Shown: piece by piece, positions 47,172-55,997 of the stretch
Numbering within the stretch: position 1 is the stretch's first letter
Layout: every line of letters starts with the position of its first letter
Assembly: GCA_028695025.1 (NCBI GenBank)
Contig: JAQVJV010000002.1
Coordinates: 18,998 to 82,997, forward strand
Direction: 5' to 3'
From: Candidatus Moraniibacteriota bacterium
Lineage (GTDB): Bacteria; Patescibacteriota; Minisyncoccia; Moranbacterales; UBA11712
Length of the DNA stretch: 64,000 bases
The notes under the pieces: model-generated
What the model saw: only the letters and a program-made list of their open reading frames with translations
Told to the model about the DNA's origin: nothing
Databases searched by the model: none
Made by a program: the position numbers and the translations under genes

Positions 47172-48383
47172 ATGCCGGTTTTCGAGTTTACGGCCAAGAA
47201 CATAAACGGAGAGGTCAAAAAAGGGAAAATAGAGGGAAAAGACGAGCGATCTGTCGCAGAATCATTGCGGTCAAGCGGATATTTTACCACGAAAATTGAA
47301 GAAAAAAAGGAAAAAGGGGGACAAGGTTCCGCAAGGTTCAATTTTTTTTCGCGGATTTCCATAAAAGACAAAATGATGTTTGCCCGTCATTTGGGAGTGA
47401 TGCTTTCATCGGGCCTTTCGATCCCGCGGGCTTTGGATGTCATATCCAACCAGACAAAAAGCAAAAAATTCAAAGATATCCTGCTTCAGATAAGCGAGGA
47501 TGTGAAAACCGGAAACACCCTTGCGGATGGATTGGCCAAATCCGGCGTTTTTGATGATTTATCGGTGAATATGGTGAGGGTGGGAGAGGTGAGCGGAAAC
47601 CTGGAAAATGTCCTCAAGCTTTTGGCGGACCAGTTGGAAAAAGAGCACAATTTAATCAGCAAGGTACGCGGAGCGATGTATTACCCGTCAGTCATTTTGG
47701 TCGTCATGGTCGGAATTGGAATTGCGATGATGACCTACGTGGTTCCCCAACTCACCTCCGTGTTTTCCGATGTCGATGCTTCTCTTCCGGCTTCAACCCA
47801 GTTCATAATCAATACGAGCAACTTTATGGCGGCTCACAAGCTGTTGGTTTTTGGATTGGCCATCCTTACGGTTTTTCTGCTTGTTGTTTTTTTCAAGACC
47901 AAGACGGGGAAGAGAGCGGTGTCTTTCATGTCCATCAAGATTCCTGTTGTGAAAAATATCGTCATCCAGGTGAATAATGCCCGGTTTGCCCGTATTTTCA
48001 GTTCGCTCATCCAAAGCGGTGTTCCTGTTGTCGAATCGCTGAAAATAATTTCGGAAACTCTCACCAACCGATATTACCAAGAGGCTTTCCGTGCGGTAAG
48101 CAATGATGTCCAGAAAGGAAAAACCATCCATGAGGAACTTGCCATTTTCCCGAAACTTTTTCCGACTTTAATGGTGCAAATGGTGGAGGTGGGGGAGGAG
48201 ACCGGAAAGACGGCGGATGTCCTTTTGGATTTGGCGAGGTTTTATGAAGAAGAAATTGACCGGGTCACCAAGAATCTTTCTTCGATAATCGAGCCGGTGC
48301 TGATGGTGATAATCGGTTCGGCAGTCGGATTTTTTGCCATATCCATGATCACGCCGATGTATTCCGTGATGGAAAATATATAA
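47172..48383 (+). CDS. pilC: Type IV pilus inner-membrane platform protein PilC/GspF
   Basis: Duplicated T2SSF domains. 403 aa. Confidence 0.9.
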   Translation: MPVFEFTAKNINGEVKKGKIEGKDERSVAESLRSSGYFTTKIEEKKEKGGQGSARFNFFSRISIKDKMMFARHLGVMLSSGLSIPRALDVISNQTKSKKFKDILLQISEDVKTGNTLADGLAKSGVFDDLSVNMVRVGEVSGNLENVLKLLADQLEKEHNLISKVRGAMYYPSVILVVMVGIGIAMMTYVVPQLTSVFSDVDASLPASTQFIINTSNFMAAHKLLVFGLAILTVFLLVVFFKTKTGKRAVSFMSIKIPVVKNIVIQVNNARFARIFSSLIQSGVPVVESLKIISETLTNRYYQEAFRAVSNDVQKGKTIHEELAIFPKLFPTLMVQMVEVGEETGKTADVLLDLARFYEEEIDRVTKNLSSIIEPVLMVIIGSAVGFFAISMITPMYSVMENI

Positions 48384-48452
48384 TTTCAGCTAAAAAGAAG
48401 AGACGCTGGTTATTGTGATATAATAAAAAAATAATAATCAAACTCCAGAAGA

Positions 48453-48839
48453 ATGAAAAAAGGAGAAAAAACAGGATTTTCCATATTGGAAGTATTTATT
48501 ACGATATTCATCATCGGTGTCATTTTGATTTTATATCAAGCTTCTTTATCTGGTTTTTATATTATTCGGACGGTAAAAGATCAAGAGATAGCCTTGCGTG
48601 TGGCGAATAATAAGCTGGAAGAACTGCGATCGGCGGGATATGATAATATTCCATCCACTGGCTCTTTTAATAATCCTCAATTATCTGATTTTTTGGATAA
48701 ATCATCCATACTAACCGTTGAAGATTTTAATGCCGAGACAAAGCAAATAACGGTCACCATCAATTGGCGTGAAAAAGCGGGCGCACCTTTCAAAAATGTT
48801 TCTTTAACTACTCTTGTGACGAAAAATGGAGGAATTTAA
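48453..48839 (+). CDS. Prepilin-type N-terminal cleavage/methylation domain protein (candidate major pilin)
   Basis: KTGFSILEVFITIFIIGVILIL, a class III signal of the GF(S/T)LxE type. Confidence 0.7.
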   Translation: MKKGEKTGFSILEVFITIFIIGVILILYQASLSGFYIIRTVKDQEIALRVANNKLEELRSAGYDNIPSTGSFNNPQLSDFLDKSSILTVEDFNAETKQITVTINWREKAGAPFKNVSLTTLVTKNGGI

Positions 48840-48845
48840 TATTTT

Positions 48846-49412
48846 ATGAAGAGATATAATTTTTTTAAAAAAGGCTTTACATTTATTGAAGCAATCGCGG
48901 CTGTTGCGATTTTTATCTTTATTTCTGTGGCGATGGTTACGATATACGTAAACTATGTCAAAGCTTTCAATTACAACCAAGCGGTAATGAAATTGGCCGG
49001 ATCAGCCCGTTCAGTAAGCAGCGAGGTGGAAAAGATGGTGCTTCAATCAAATCAGATTATTGATAGCCATATTTTTTCTGGAAATGTGTATACTACAAAC
49101 TCTGACACCTTAGTGTTGGAGTTGCCGTCTATCGATAATTCAAAGAATATAGTAAACGGGAAGTATGATTATATTGTTTTTTACATTGAAGGAAGTGGTT
49201 TTTATGAATTGATTCAGGCTGATGCTGACAGCAGTCGAGTTTCAATTGAAAGGCAAATTGCTGAATCGGTGAAGAATATTGTTTTTACCTATGACAATTC
49301 GAATGTGGTTGAGGCCAAAAGGGTTGATTTAACCCTTGATATGCAAGAAACCGTAAACAATAAAATGGCTCAATATCGTCTTGATCAAGAAATATATTTG
49401 AGAAATAAATAA
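48846..49412 (+). CDS. Pseudopilin / minor pilin
   Basis: KKGFTFIEAIAAVAIFIFISVAMV prepilin signal. Confidence 0.65.
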   Translation: MKRYNFFKKGFTFIEAIAAVAIFIFISVAMVTIYVNYVKAFNYNQAVMKLAGSARSVSSEVEKMVLQSNQIIDSHIFSGNVYTTNSDTLVLELPSIDNSKNIVNGKYDYIVFYIEGSGFYELIQADADSSRVSIERQIAESVKNIVFTYDNSNVVEAKRVDLTLDMQETVNNKMAQYRLDQEIYLRNK

Positions 49413-51227
49413 ATGAAAAAAAATATCTACCAAAATCAAAATGGGCAAATTATCATGATCGGATTGGTTTTTTTTGCGATTATTCTTATTTTTTCTAGTT
49501 CTCTTATTGCCTATACTTCATCTCAAGTAAGGCTGGGACGTCAAAATATCGCTAAATCACAAGCGCTTCGGATCGCCGAAGCCGGCCTCGACCAAGCCGT
49601 TTATCAGCTCAATCAGAGCAGTAATTATGACGGAGAAACAAGCACAAATTTGGGAAACGGCGTTTTTACGGTAACGGTTTCGAGTGTAAACAGCAATATA
49701 AAGGAAATTGTTTCGACTGGTTATGTTCCGGATAGCGCCAATCCAATCGCTGTCAGGACAGTAAAATCAACTTTTACTATCAGCGATTCCATTATCTCGT
49801 TCAATTACGGAGTGCAGGCGGGAAATGGCGGATTCGTCATGAGTGGGGGATCAGTAGTCAATGGAAACATATACTCCAACGGAAATATTGTGGCTACTAG
49901 CGGGGTGCATATAACGGGAAGCGCAACAGCAGCCAATTCCCCCTCTGCTTACGCCGATCAGGTAAATGATTCACCGGATTCCATAAACTCTTGCACTAGC
50001 TCTTCTTGCATTACATTTGCAAATTCCAGCGGAACACAGGATTTTGCTCAAAGCTTTAGATTATCAGATGGATTAACCCTGAACAATATTCAATTTTACA
50101 TAAAAAAAGTCGGATCGCCTTCAAATATAACCTTACGAATTGTTAATGATAATGGAGGGAACCCGGGAACAGATGTTTTGATGACCGGAACATTAAACGC
50201 GTCTACCGTTACGTCCAGTTTTGGCTGGGTGACAGTAACTTTACCATCCACGCCCGTCTTAAATTCCGGACAAACATACTGGATGGTTTTAGATGCCTCT
50301 TCCAACTCTTCAAAATATTATATTATCGGTGCCAATAGCAGCTATTCCAATGGAATTGGAAAAATTGGTAAATATGGAACGAGCTGGTCCGACACTTCAC
50401 CGGCGGGATTGGATGGATATTTCAGGATTTTTTTAGGAGGGGCTACCTCAACTATTGGAGGAAGTACTTATGTTGGCGGTGTGTATATTGGCACAACAAG
50501 CTCTGATATTGCCTGGGCTCATTCAATAATTGGCGCTTCAACTACCGGGACATTGTATTGCAAGAGTGGCAGCTATAACAATAAGGCTTGCGATTCCAGT
50601 CGATCAGATCCAGATCCGCAGCCAATGCCTCTGTCAGATGGAAATATTCAGGGCTGGAAAAACGAAGCAGAGGCGGGCGGAGTAATTTCGGGGGACTATC
50701 ATGTTGGATGGGCGGGGGCGACACTAGGTCCAAAAGTGATCACAGGGGATCTCCTGATCGACGGAGGTGGAATTCTAAATGTCACGGGAACGCTTTATAT
50801 CAAGGGAGACTTCACTCTAACAAGCGGGGGAAGAGTGAAATTGGATGAGAGCTATGGAGAAAGCAATGGAATTATTATTGTCGATGGAAATGTTTCTTTG
50901 ACGGGCGGTTCTAATTTTTCCGGTTCGGGTCAGGAAGGAAGCTATCCTTTTCTAATAACAACAAGTTCCTGTCCGACAGCTCCAGGATGTAATGGGGATA
51001 ATGCTATTTATTTATCAGGCGGAGCAGGAACGGTGGCTCTTATCGCCCAGGATGGAAATGCGCTAATAAACGGAGGTTCTGCGCTTAAGGAAGTCACAGC
51101 CAAGCAAATCACCATGTCGGGAGGGGCTCAATTGATTTATGACAGCGGCTTAGTGAATGCCAATTTCTCCAGTGGTCCGGGAGGGTCTTGGGAGTATAAG
51201 CCGGGGACTTATGTTATTGTGAAATAA
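49413..51227 (+). CDS. PilX-N-domain large minor pilin / putative tip adhesin (Gly/Ser/Thr-rich)
   Basis: N-terminal TM helix, then QALRIAEAGLDQAVYQL (PilX_N-like). 604 aa with a G/S/T/N-rich body. Confidence 0.55.
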   Translation: MKKNIYQNQNGQIIMIGLVFFAIILIFSSSLIAYTSSQVRLGRQNIAKSQALRIAEAGLDQAVYQLNQSSNYDGETSTNLGNGVFTVTVSSVNSNIKEIVSTGYVPDSANPIAVRTVKSTFTISDSIISFNYGVQAGNGGFVMSGGSVVNGNIYSNGNIVATSGVHITGSATAANSPSAYADQVNDSPDSINSCTSSSCITFANSSGTQDFAQSFRLSDGLTLNNIQFYIKKVGSPSNITLRIVNDNGGNPGTDVLMTGTLNASTVTSSFGWVTVTLPSTPVLNSGQTYWMVLDASSNSSKYYIIGANSSYSNGIGKIGKYGTSWSDTSPAGLDGYFRIFLGGATSTIGGSTYVGGVYIGTTSSDIAWAHSIIGASTTGTLYCKSGSYNNKACDSSRSDPDPQPMPLSDGNIQGWKNEAEAGGVISGDYHVGWAGATLGPKVITGDLLIDGGGILNVTGTLYIKGDFTLTSGGRVKLDESYGESNGIIIVDGNVSLTGGSNFSGSGQEGSYPFLITTSSCPTAPGCNGDNAIYLSGGAGTVALIAQDGNALINGGSALKEVTAKQITMSGGAQLIYDSGLVNANFSSGPGGSWEYKPGTYVIVK

Positions 51228-51230
51228 TTT

Positions 51231-52313
51231 TTGTATATCATGAATTTTTTTACCCATAATTTATTCAGTTCGAAATATAGGGCATTTGGACTTGAGATAA
51301 AAAGCAGTTCGATAAAAGCAGCTTGGCTTAAAAAGAAAAAAAATAAATTTCGCCTTATGGCCTGTGGAAGGAAAATTCCTTCCCGTGAAAATGTTCAATC
51401 CGATCGCGTTATAAATCCACAAAAGTTAGCTGAGGAAATAAGGTATCTTCTGGAATCAGCTCAGCCAAAACCCATAAAAATAAAAAATGCTATCGTTTCA
51501 ATTCCGGAAGCGAGGGCTTTTATACGCACGATTCAAATACCAAAAATGAGTTACAATGAGGCAAAAGAAGCGGTTAAATGGGAAACTGAAGCAAATATTC
51601 CGATATCAGTTGATCGAGTTTATATTGATTGGCAAGTGATTTCGACTAATGTCGATAAGGAAGATGTTTTGGTGGCGGCGGTTCCCAAGGATGTGGTTGA
51701 TTCATACTTTGAAACTGTAAGATTGGCTGGCCTTTCCCCGTTGGTAATGGAAATCGATGCTATTGCCACAATTCGCAGTCTCACGAGGAATATTAATACT
51801 GAAGCACCTGTTTTAATTGCTGATATAGGTGCGGGGAGTACAAGTTTTGCTATTTGTCAAAACCAGATACCATATTTCACTTCGAGTATTCCCCTAAGTG
51901 GCGATTCTTTTACGGAAGTATTGCAAAAAGAATTAGGTGTGGGGTGGGAAAAAGCAGAAGAGATAAAATTTCAATTCGGAGCGGGAAAAGAAAACACGAA
52001 TGATGTTCATGATAAGTTGCTTGATCCTCTTATTGAAAATTTAGCTGCGGAGATTGAGAAGTCGATTATTTTTTACTCTGAGTCTATATGCAAAGTCGAA
52101 AAAGTTCAGAAGGTTATTTTGTCAGGTGGGGGAGCACTTCTCCATGGATTGCCAAAAAAATTAGAAGAAAGACTGAAAATAGAAGTTGTTATGGGTGATC
52201 CAGCCTATCAAATAGACACAAAGAGCTTTCCATATGAAGTTTCACCTCGAGATCTATTGTCCTATTCAACAGTTTTAGGGCTAGCTCTGCGAGAAATTAA
52301 CTATGGACGTTAA
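51231..52313 (+). CDS. pilM: Type IV pilus assembly protein PilM (actin-like ATPase fold)
   Basis: IVSIPEARAFIRTIQIPKMSYNEAKEAVKWETEANIPISVDRVYIDWQV. Confidence 0.7.
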   Translation: MYIMNFFTHNLFSSKYRAFGLEIKSSSIKAAWLKKKKNKFRLMACGRKIPSRENVQSDRVINPQKLAEEIRYLLESAQPKPIKIKNAIVSIPEARAFIRTIQIPKMSYNEAKEAVKWETEANIPISVDRVYIDWQVISTNVDKEDVLVAAVPKDVVDSYFETVRLAGLSPLVMEIDAIATIRSLTRNINTEAPVLIADIGAGSTSFAICQNQIPYFTSSIPLSGDSFTEVLQKELGVGWEKAEEIKFQFGAGKENTNDVHDKLLDPLIENLAAEIEKSIIFYSESICKVEKVQKVILSGGGALLHGLPKKLEERLKIEVVMGDPAYQIDTKSFPYEVSPRDLLSYSTVLGLALREINYGR

Positions 52314-52848
52314 TATAAATATCCTACCCGATTATCAAAAAGAAAAAATAGAAAAAGAACAAAAGGATAGATTGGTAGTTAAAATCTTCGTTTCAGTTAT
52401 TTTGGCGCTTATTATTGTTAATGTTATCCTTGTCCTTATGTATTTTGTCCTAAACATTGAGTATCAGGCAGGAAAAAAATCATCTGATTCTTTCAACCAG
52501 AATAACATTGACAAGGAAATAGGGCTCGAGAAAATATTTCAGGAGGCCGATAAGCAGGTTCTTGCTCTATCAAAAATAAGTCAAAATTCTTCTGATTGGG
52601 CCAAAGTATTGACTAGAATTGCCGTTCTGACACCAGATGGAGTGAAAATTAGTCAAATTTCTGCGAATGGAACAAATTTGAAAATTTCCGGATTTTCCAA
52701 AACTAGGGACGATTTTTTGGTTTTTCAAGATAATCTTGCTTCTGATGGATTGCAATTTCCCGTAGATATTTCAAATCTAGTCTCAGCGGATAATTTAAAT
52801 TTTGACTTAGATATGGAGATTCCCAAGGAGTATTTGATGAGAAAATGA
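52303..52848 (+). CDS. PilN-like bitopic pilus assembly protein
   Basis: N-terminal INILPDYQKEK followed by a single TM helix. Position after pilM. Confidence 0.5.
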   Translation: MDVNINILPDYQKEKIEKEQKDRLVVKIFVSVILALIIVNVILVLMYFVLNIEYQAGKKSSDSFNQNNIDKEIGLEKIFQEADKQVLALSKISQNSSDWAKVLTRIAVLTPDGVKISQISANGTNLKISGFSKTRDDFLVFQDNLASDGLQFPVDISNLVSADNLNFDLDMEIPKEYLMRK

Positions 52849-53552
52849 ATTTTATGAAAAGTTGGATAGACAAAAAAATAATATTTTTCATGGTTATTGC
52901 TATCATAGCAGCAGCAGGTCTTTCTTGGTTGGCTTTTTTTTGGCAATTCGGGAAGATAAAAACCACCTCCGATATGATTCAGGAGCAACAACTTAGCTCA
53001 CAAGTGGATCAAGAGAGAAGGCAAAAAATCCTTGAGCTTGGCAAGGAATTGGTAGACATTGAAAACAATACAAACGAAATGAAAAATATGTTAGTCGATA
53101 AGAATAACGCCGTCCCTTTTCTGGAGGCCCTGGAGAATATTTCAAGCAGTACTGGAAATTCGATTGTGATCAGCGTTGTGGATCTTTCGAAAGCCGTCGC
53201 TCAAAACACCAAAAAGCCAGTAGCTTCTGAAGACGATTCGGATGCGGATTCTAACTCAAAAACCAGCCCTGCGAAGAAGGCAACCGCTAAAAGTGCAAAG
53301 CCAGATTATTCTAATCAACTCGGATTTTCACTATCCATAAATGGAACTTTTCCATCATTGATTAATTTTCTCAATAAAATCGAAAATATTCCGTATTTTA
53401 TCCAGGTTTATGATTTCAAGATAGCTCCGATTTCAAAAAATCAATCCGCGAAAACGGAAAATTCCGATTCTTCGCAAGACGATCAAAATAAACTGGAAAA
53501 TAGCTTGAACACGATGATAACTATTGGAGTTTATTCAAATGGAACAAAGTAG
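52845..53552 (+). CDS. PilO-like bitopic pilus assembly protein
   Basis: Single TM helix then coiled-coil. Position and overlap coupling only. Confidence 0.4.
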   Translation: MNFMKSWIDKKIIFFMVIAIIAAAGLSWLAFFWQFGKIKTTSDMIQEQQLSSQVDQERRQKILELGKELVDIENNTNEMKNMLVDKNNAVPFLEALENISSSTGNSIVISVVDLSKAVAQNTKKPVASEDDSDADSNSKTSPAKKATAKSAKPDYSNQLGFSLSINGTFPSLINFLNKIENIPYFIQVYDFKIAPISKNQSAKTENSDSSQDDQNKLENSLNTMITIGVYSNGTK

Positions 53553-53865
53553 CGAAAAAAGAAAACTAATCTCAGATAAATTAAGAAATATTTTTGAGAA
53601 GATATGCTCATTTTTCTTAAGATGGTTTCCTCTTTTCTCTCTATTGTTAGCAGCAGCTTTTTGTGTCTTTGTGTGGTATTATTATGTATGGAAATCAGAC
53701 TGGAGCGCTGAGAAAAAACAGCAGTATATTAGCGAGCAAGCCAAGTTCACTTTCAACAAAACTGGCTATCAAAAAATGGTGGAAATTATGAATTCGCGTC
53801 GGGAAAAACTTCTCGATACTCCGGCCTTCGACGGCAAGGACATATTTTTTCCGACTGGATTCTGA
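53524..53865 (+). CDS. Hypothetical membrane protein, last gene of the pilus string
   Basis: 113 aa with one TM helix. Overlaps the previous ORF. Confidence 0.35.
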   Translation: MEFIQMEQSSEKRKLISDKLRNIFEKICSFFLRWFPLFSLLLAAAFCVFVWYYYVWKSDWSAEKKQQYISEQAKFTFNKTGYQKMVEIMNSRREKLLDTPAFDGKDIFFPTGF

Positions 53866-53958
53866 ATGCAATAATCAGTGAACAAAGATCAACAATCAAT
53901 ATATTTTTTTGGATATTATTGACCGAATGGTCTTTTTTTGTTATCTTAGCGAAGCCCC

Positions 53959-54031
53959 GCCCCGATAGCTCAATGGATAGAGTGTCTGGCTTCGGACCAG
54001 AAGGTTAGAGGTTCGAGTCCTCTTCGGGGCA
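53959..54031 (+). tRNA. tRNA-Arg (anticodon TCG)
   Basis: GCCCCGA acceptor. TCTGG-CTTCGGA-CCAGA anticodon arm. AGAGG-TTCGAGT-CCTCT T arm. 73 nt. Confidence 0.9.
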
Positions 54032-54035
54032 CAAA

Positions 54036-54059
54036 AATCCCGCTTGACGCGGGTTTTTG
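54036..54059. terminator. Rho-independent terminator (bidirectional candidate)
   Basis: CCCGCTTGACGCGGG followed by TTTTTG. Confidence 0.65.
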
Positions 54060-54084
54060 TGTTGCTGGTGAATAAATTGATATT

Positions 54085-55113
54085 TTATTTGGCTTTTGCG
54101 GTTTGCTCTGGGACGGTAACAACGAATGATGTTCCCTGGTTTTCGATGCTGTCGACAAGAATTTTTCCTCCATGACGATCAATAATTTTCTTCACCATAT
54201 AAAGTCCGAGGCCGGTTCCGGAGGTTTGAACTCCTACTGCATTTTCAGCCCGGAAGAATTTGGTAAAAAGGCGGTTCTTCTGGCTTTTGGGAATTCCTAT
54301 TCCGGAATCTTGAATCACAGCCTTGATTGAGCCTTGCTCCTGAGAAATATTGAAATCAATTCTTCCGCCATTGGGAGTGTATTTCACGGCATTGTCCAAA
54401 AGATTAGCAAAAACCAATTCCATTTTGTCGGCATCGATATTGGTTTCAGGAAATCCGGCGTCTTCTGGAATCTCAATAAAAAGGCTAATTTTCTTTTCAT
54501 CAGCCATCAATTTGATTCCTTCAACCGCTTTTCTAGCGAGAGGTAAAATCGGCTGGCGTTTGATATGGAATTCCATTTTTCCTTCTTCGATATGGGCGAC
54601 ATTGAGAAGATCGTTGATGAGATCAATTGTATTGCTGATGGAAGCCAGGCCTTTTTCAATGATTTCTTTTTGGTCGGGATTGAGCGGACCGGTATCGGGG
54701 TCGAGAAGGGCCGTGTAGGACCATTTGATGCCGGTGAGGGGAGTGCGAAGCTGGTGGGCGGCCACGGAAACAAAATCGGATTTGGCTTTGTCGAGTTCCG
54801 CCAATTTTTGGTTGGCACGATTCAGTTCCAACTCGCGTTTCACAAGTTGGCGGGTAATTTGGTCAAAATCTTCAATTTGTTTTTCTTTTTGCTTTGTTTC
54901 GGTGCCCATTTCCTCTATGTTTTTTCGAAAGTAAAAAAACAGATATCCAAAAAAAAGAGAGTTGGCCGCAAGAAGAGCGATCATCATCGCTATTCCTGGA
55001 ACAAGAAAAAATTTAAAAAAAGCGAGTATGATAACCGCCAAAGTAAAAGTAATCTGAAAAAACCAGATTGTTTTTGCGAGGGGGATTTTTTTCGTTTTTG
55101 TTTCGACTTCCAT
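54085..55113 (-). CDS. Sensor histidine kinase (second; HisKA + HATPase_c)
   Basis: H-box SVAAHQLRTPLTGIKWSYTAL. GTGLGLYMVKKIIDRHGGKILVDS. Confidence 0.85.
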   Translation of the reverse strand: MEVETKTKKIPLAKTIWFFQITFTLAVIILAFFKFFLVPGIAMMIALLAANSLFFGYLFFYFRKNIEEMGTETKQKEKQIEDFDQITRQLVKRELELNRANQKLAELDKAKSDFVSVAAHQLRTPLTGIKWSYTALLDPDTGPLNPDQKEIIEKGLASISNTIDLINDLLNVAHIEEGKMEFHIKRQPILPLARKAVEGIKLMADEKKISLFIEIPEDAGFPETNIDADKMELVFANLLDNAVKYTPNGGRIDFNISQEQGSIKAVIQDSGIGIPKSQKNRLFTKFFRAENAVGVQTSGTGLGLYMVKKIIDRHGGKILVDSIENQGTSFVVTVPEQTAKAK

Positions 55114-55502
55114 TATTTTTCCAATATGCCGGTGACCTTTTGGACGATTTCGCCCGGAGTGGTATGGGCTTTTACGATATAATCGATTGCCCCTTCAGCG
55201 AGGCCCCGGTCAATTTCTTCCTGGCTCCCCAAATTGGAGGATATGATTACGGGAATATTCTTGGATTGCGGATTGAGTTTTAGTTCTTTCAAAAAGGTGA
55301 TTCCATCAGTTCCCGGAAGAATAATATCGAGCAAAATTATGCCGATAGGTTCGCTCTCAATGATTTTTCGGGCATCGTCGACGTTGGTTGCTCTTTTGAT
55401 CTGCAGGTCTTGCTGCTGGAATTTCCGCTCCAAGAGACTGCCCATAAAAGCGTCATCTTCGACGATAAGGACTGTTTTTTGGTTATTTTGGTTTGGATCC
55501 AT
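55113..55502 (-). CDS. Response regulator, receiver domain only (second)
   Basis: KTVLIVEDDAFMGSLL...IGIILLDIILPGTDGITFLKELK. 129 aa. Its stop overlaps the histidine-kinase start. Confidence 0.85.
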   Translation of the reverse strand: MDPNQNNQKTVLIVEDDAFMGSLLERKFQQQDLQIKRATNVDDARKIIESEPIGIILLDIILPGTDGITFLKELKLNPQSKNIPVIISSNLGSQEEIDRGLAEGAIDYIVKAHTTPGEIVQKVTGILEK

Positions 55503-55562
55503 ATTTTTTTGGTTAATAATGCTTCTATTTTAGCTTATTTTTTGAAAAATGGTCAAATAAAA

Positions 55563-55592
55563 ACGCCCCATTACATAGGGACGCTTTTATTC
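55563..55592 (-). terminator. Terminator downstream of the minus-strand tRNA cluster
   Basis: Minus-strand hairpin AAGCGTCCC-TATGTAAT-GGGGCGTTT followed by TTATTTG. Confidence 0.5.
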
Positions 55593-55596
55593 GTGG

Positions 55597-55667
55597 GCGA
55601 TCACTGGGAATCGAACCCAGGTTCTTGGGACCACAACCCAATGTCCTGCCATTGAACGATGACCGCC
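55597..55667 (-). tRNA. tRNA-His (anticodon GTG, with G-1)
   Basis: TTGGG-TTGTGGT-CCCAA anticodon arm. CTGGG-TTCGATT-CCCAG T arm. Extra 5' G pairs with C73. Confidence 0.85.
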
Positions 55668-55697
55668 ATGTCTATTTTTTTCTAAATAAATTATATG

Positions 55698-55770
55698 TGC
55701 GTCGTGCAGGGATCGAACCTGCGACCGTTGGCTTAAGAGGCCACTGCTCTACCGGCTGAGCTAACGACGC
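55698..55770 (-). tRNA. tRNA-Lys (anticodon CTT)
   Basis: Reverse complement GCGTCGTTAGCTCAGCCGGTAGAGCAGTGGCCTCTTAAGCCAACGGTCGCAGGTTCGATCCCTGCACGACGCA, very close to the E. coli tRNA-Lys frame. Confidence 0.85.
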
Positions 55771-55815
55771 ATTCACAAGTGTCCTCGGCAGGAATTTCAC
55801 CCCGCACCATTTCAT

Positions 55816-55887
55816 TCTCCTCGGCAGGAATCGAACCTGCATAACCAGCTTAGAAGGCTAGTGTTCTATCCGTTGAACTACGAGGAG
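55816..55887 (-). tRNA. tRNA-Arg (anticodon TCT), flanked by the 13-bp inverted repeat CCCCGCACCATTT/AAATGGTGCGGGG
   Basis: CTCCTCG acceptor. CTAGC-CTTCTAA-GCTGG anticodon arm. GCAGG-TTCGATT-CCTGC T arm. Leader and trailer are complementary. Confidence 0.85.
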
Positions 55888-55909
55888 GATAAATGGTGCG
55901 GGGGGCGGG

Positions 55910-55961
55910 CCTGCATAACCAGCTTAGAAGGCTAGTGTTCTATCCGTTGAACTACGAGGAC
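55910..55961 (-). pseudogene. 52-nt duplicate of the 5' part of tRNA-Arg(TCT), truncated after the 5' T-stem
   Basis: Identical to 55836-55887 except the first nucleotide. Followed by CCCGCCCCCC instead of the T-loop. Confidence 0.6.
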
Positions 55962-55997
55962 ATCACTTGAAGATTATAATGGATTCGGCGGAAAAAG

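Noticed and set aside
55910-55961. Second tRNA-Arg(TCT) gene
   Set aside because: Only nucleotides 1-52 are present. The T-loop and the 3' acceptor strand are replaced by a C-rich tract. Annotated as a tRNA fragment or pseudogene.
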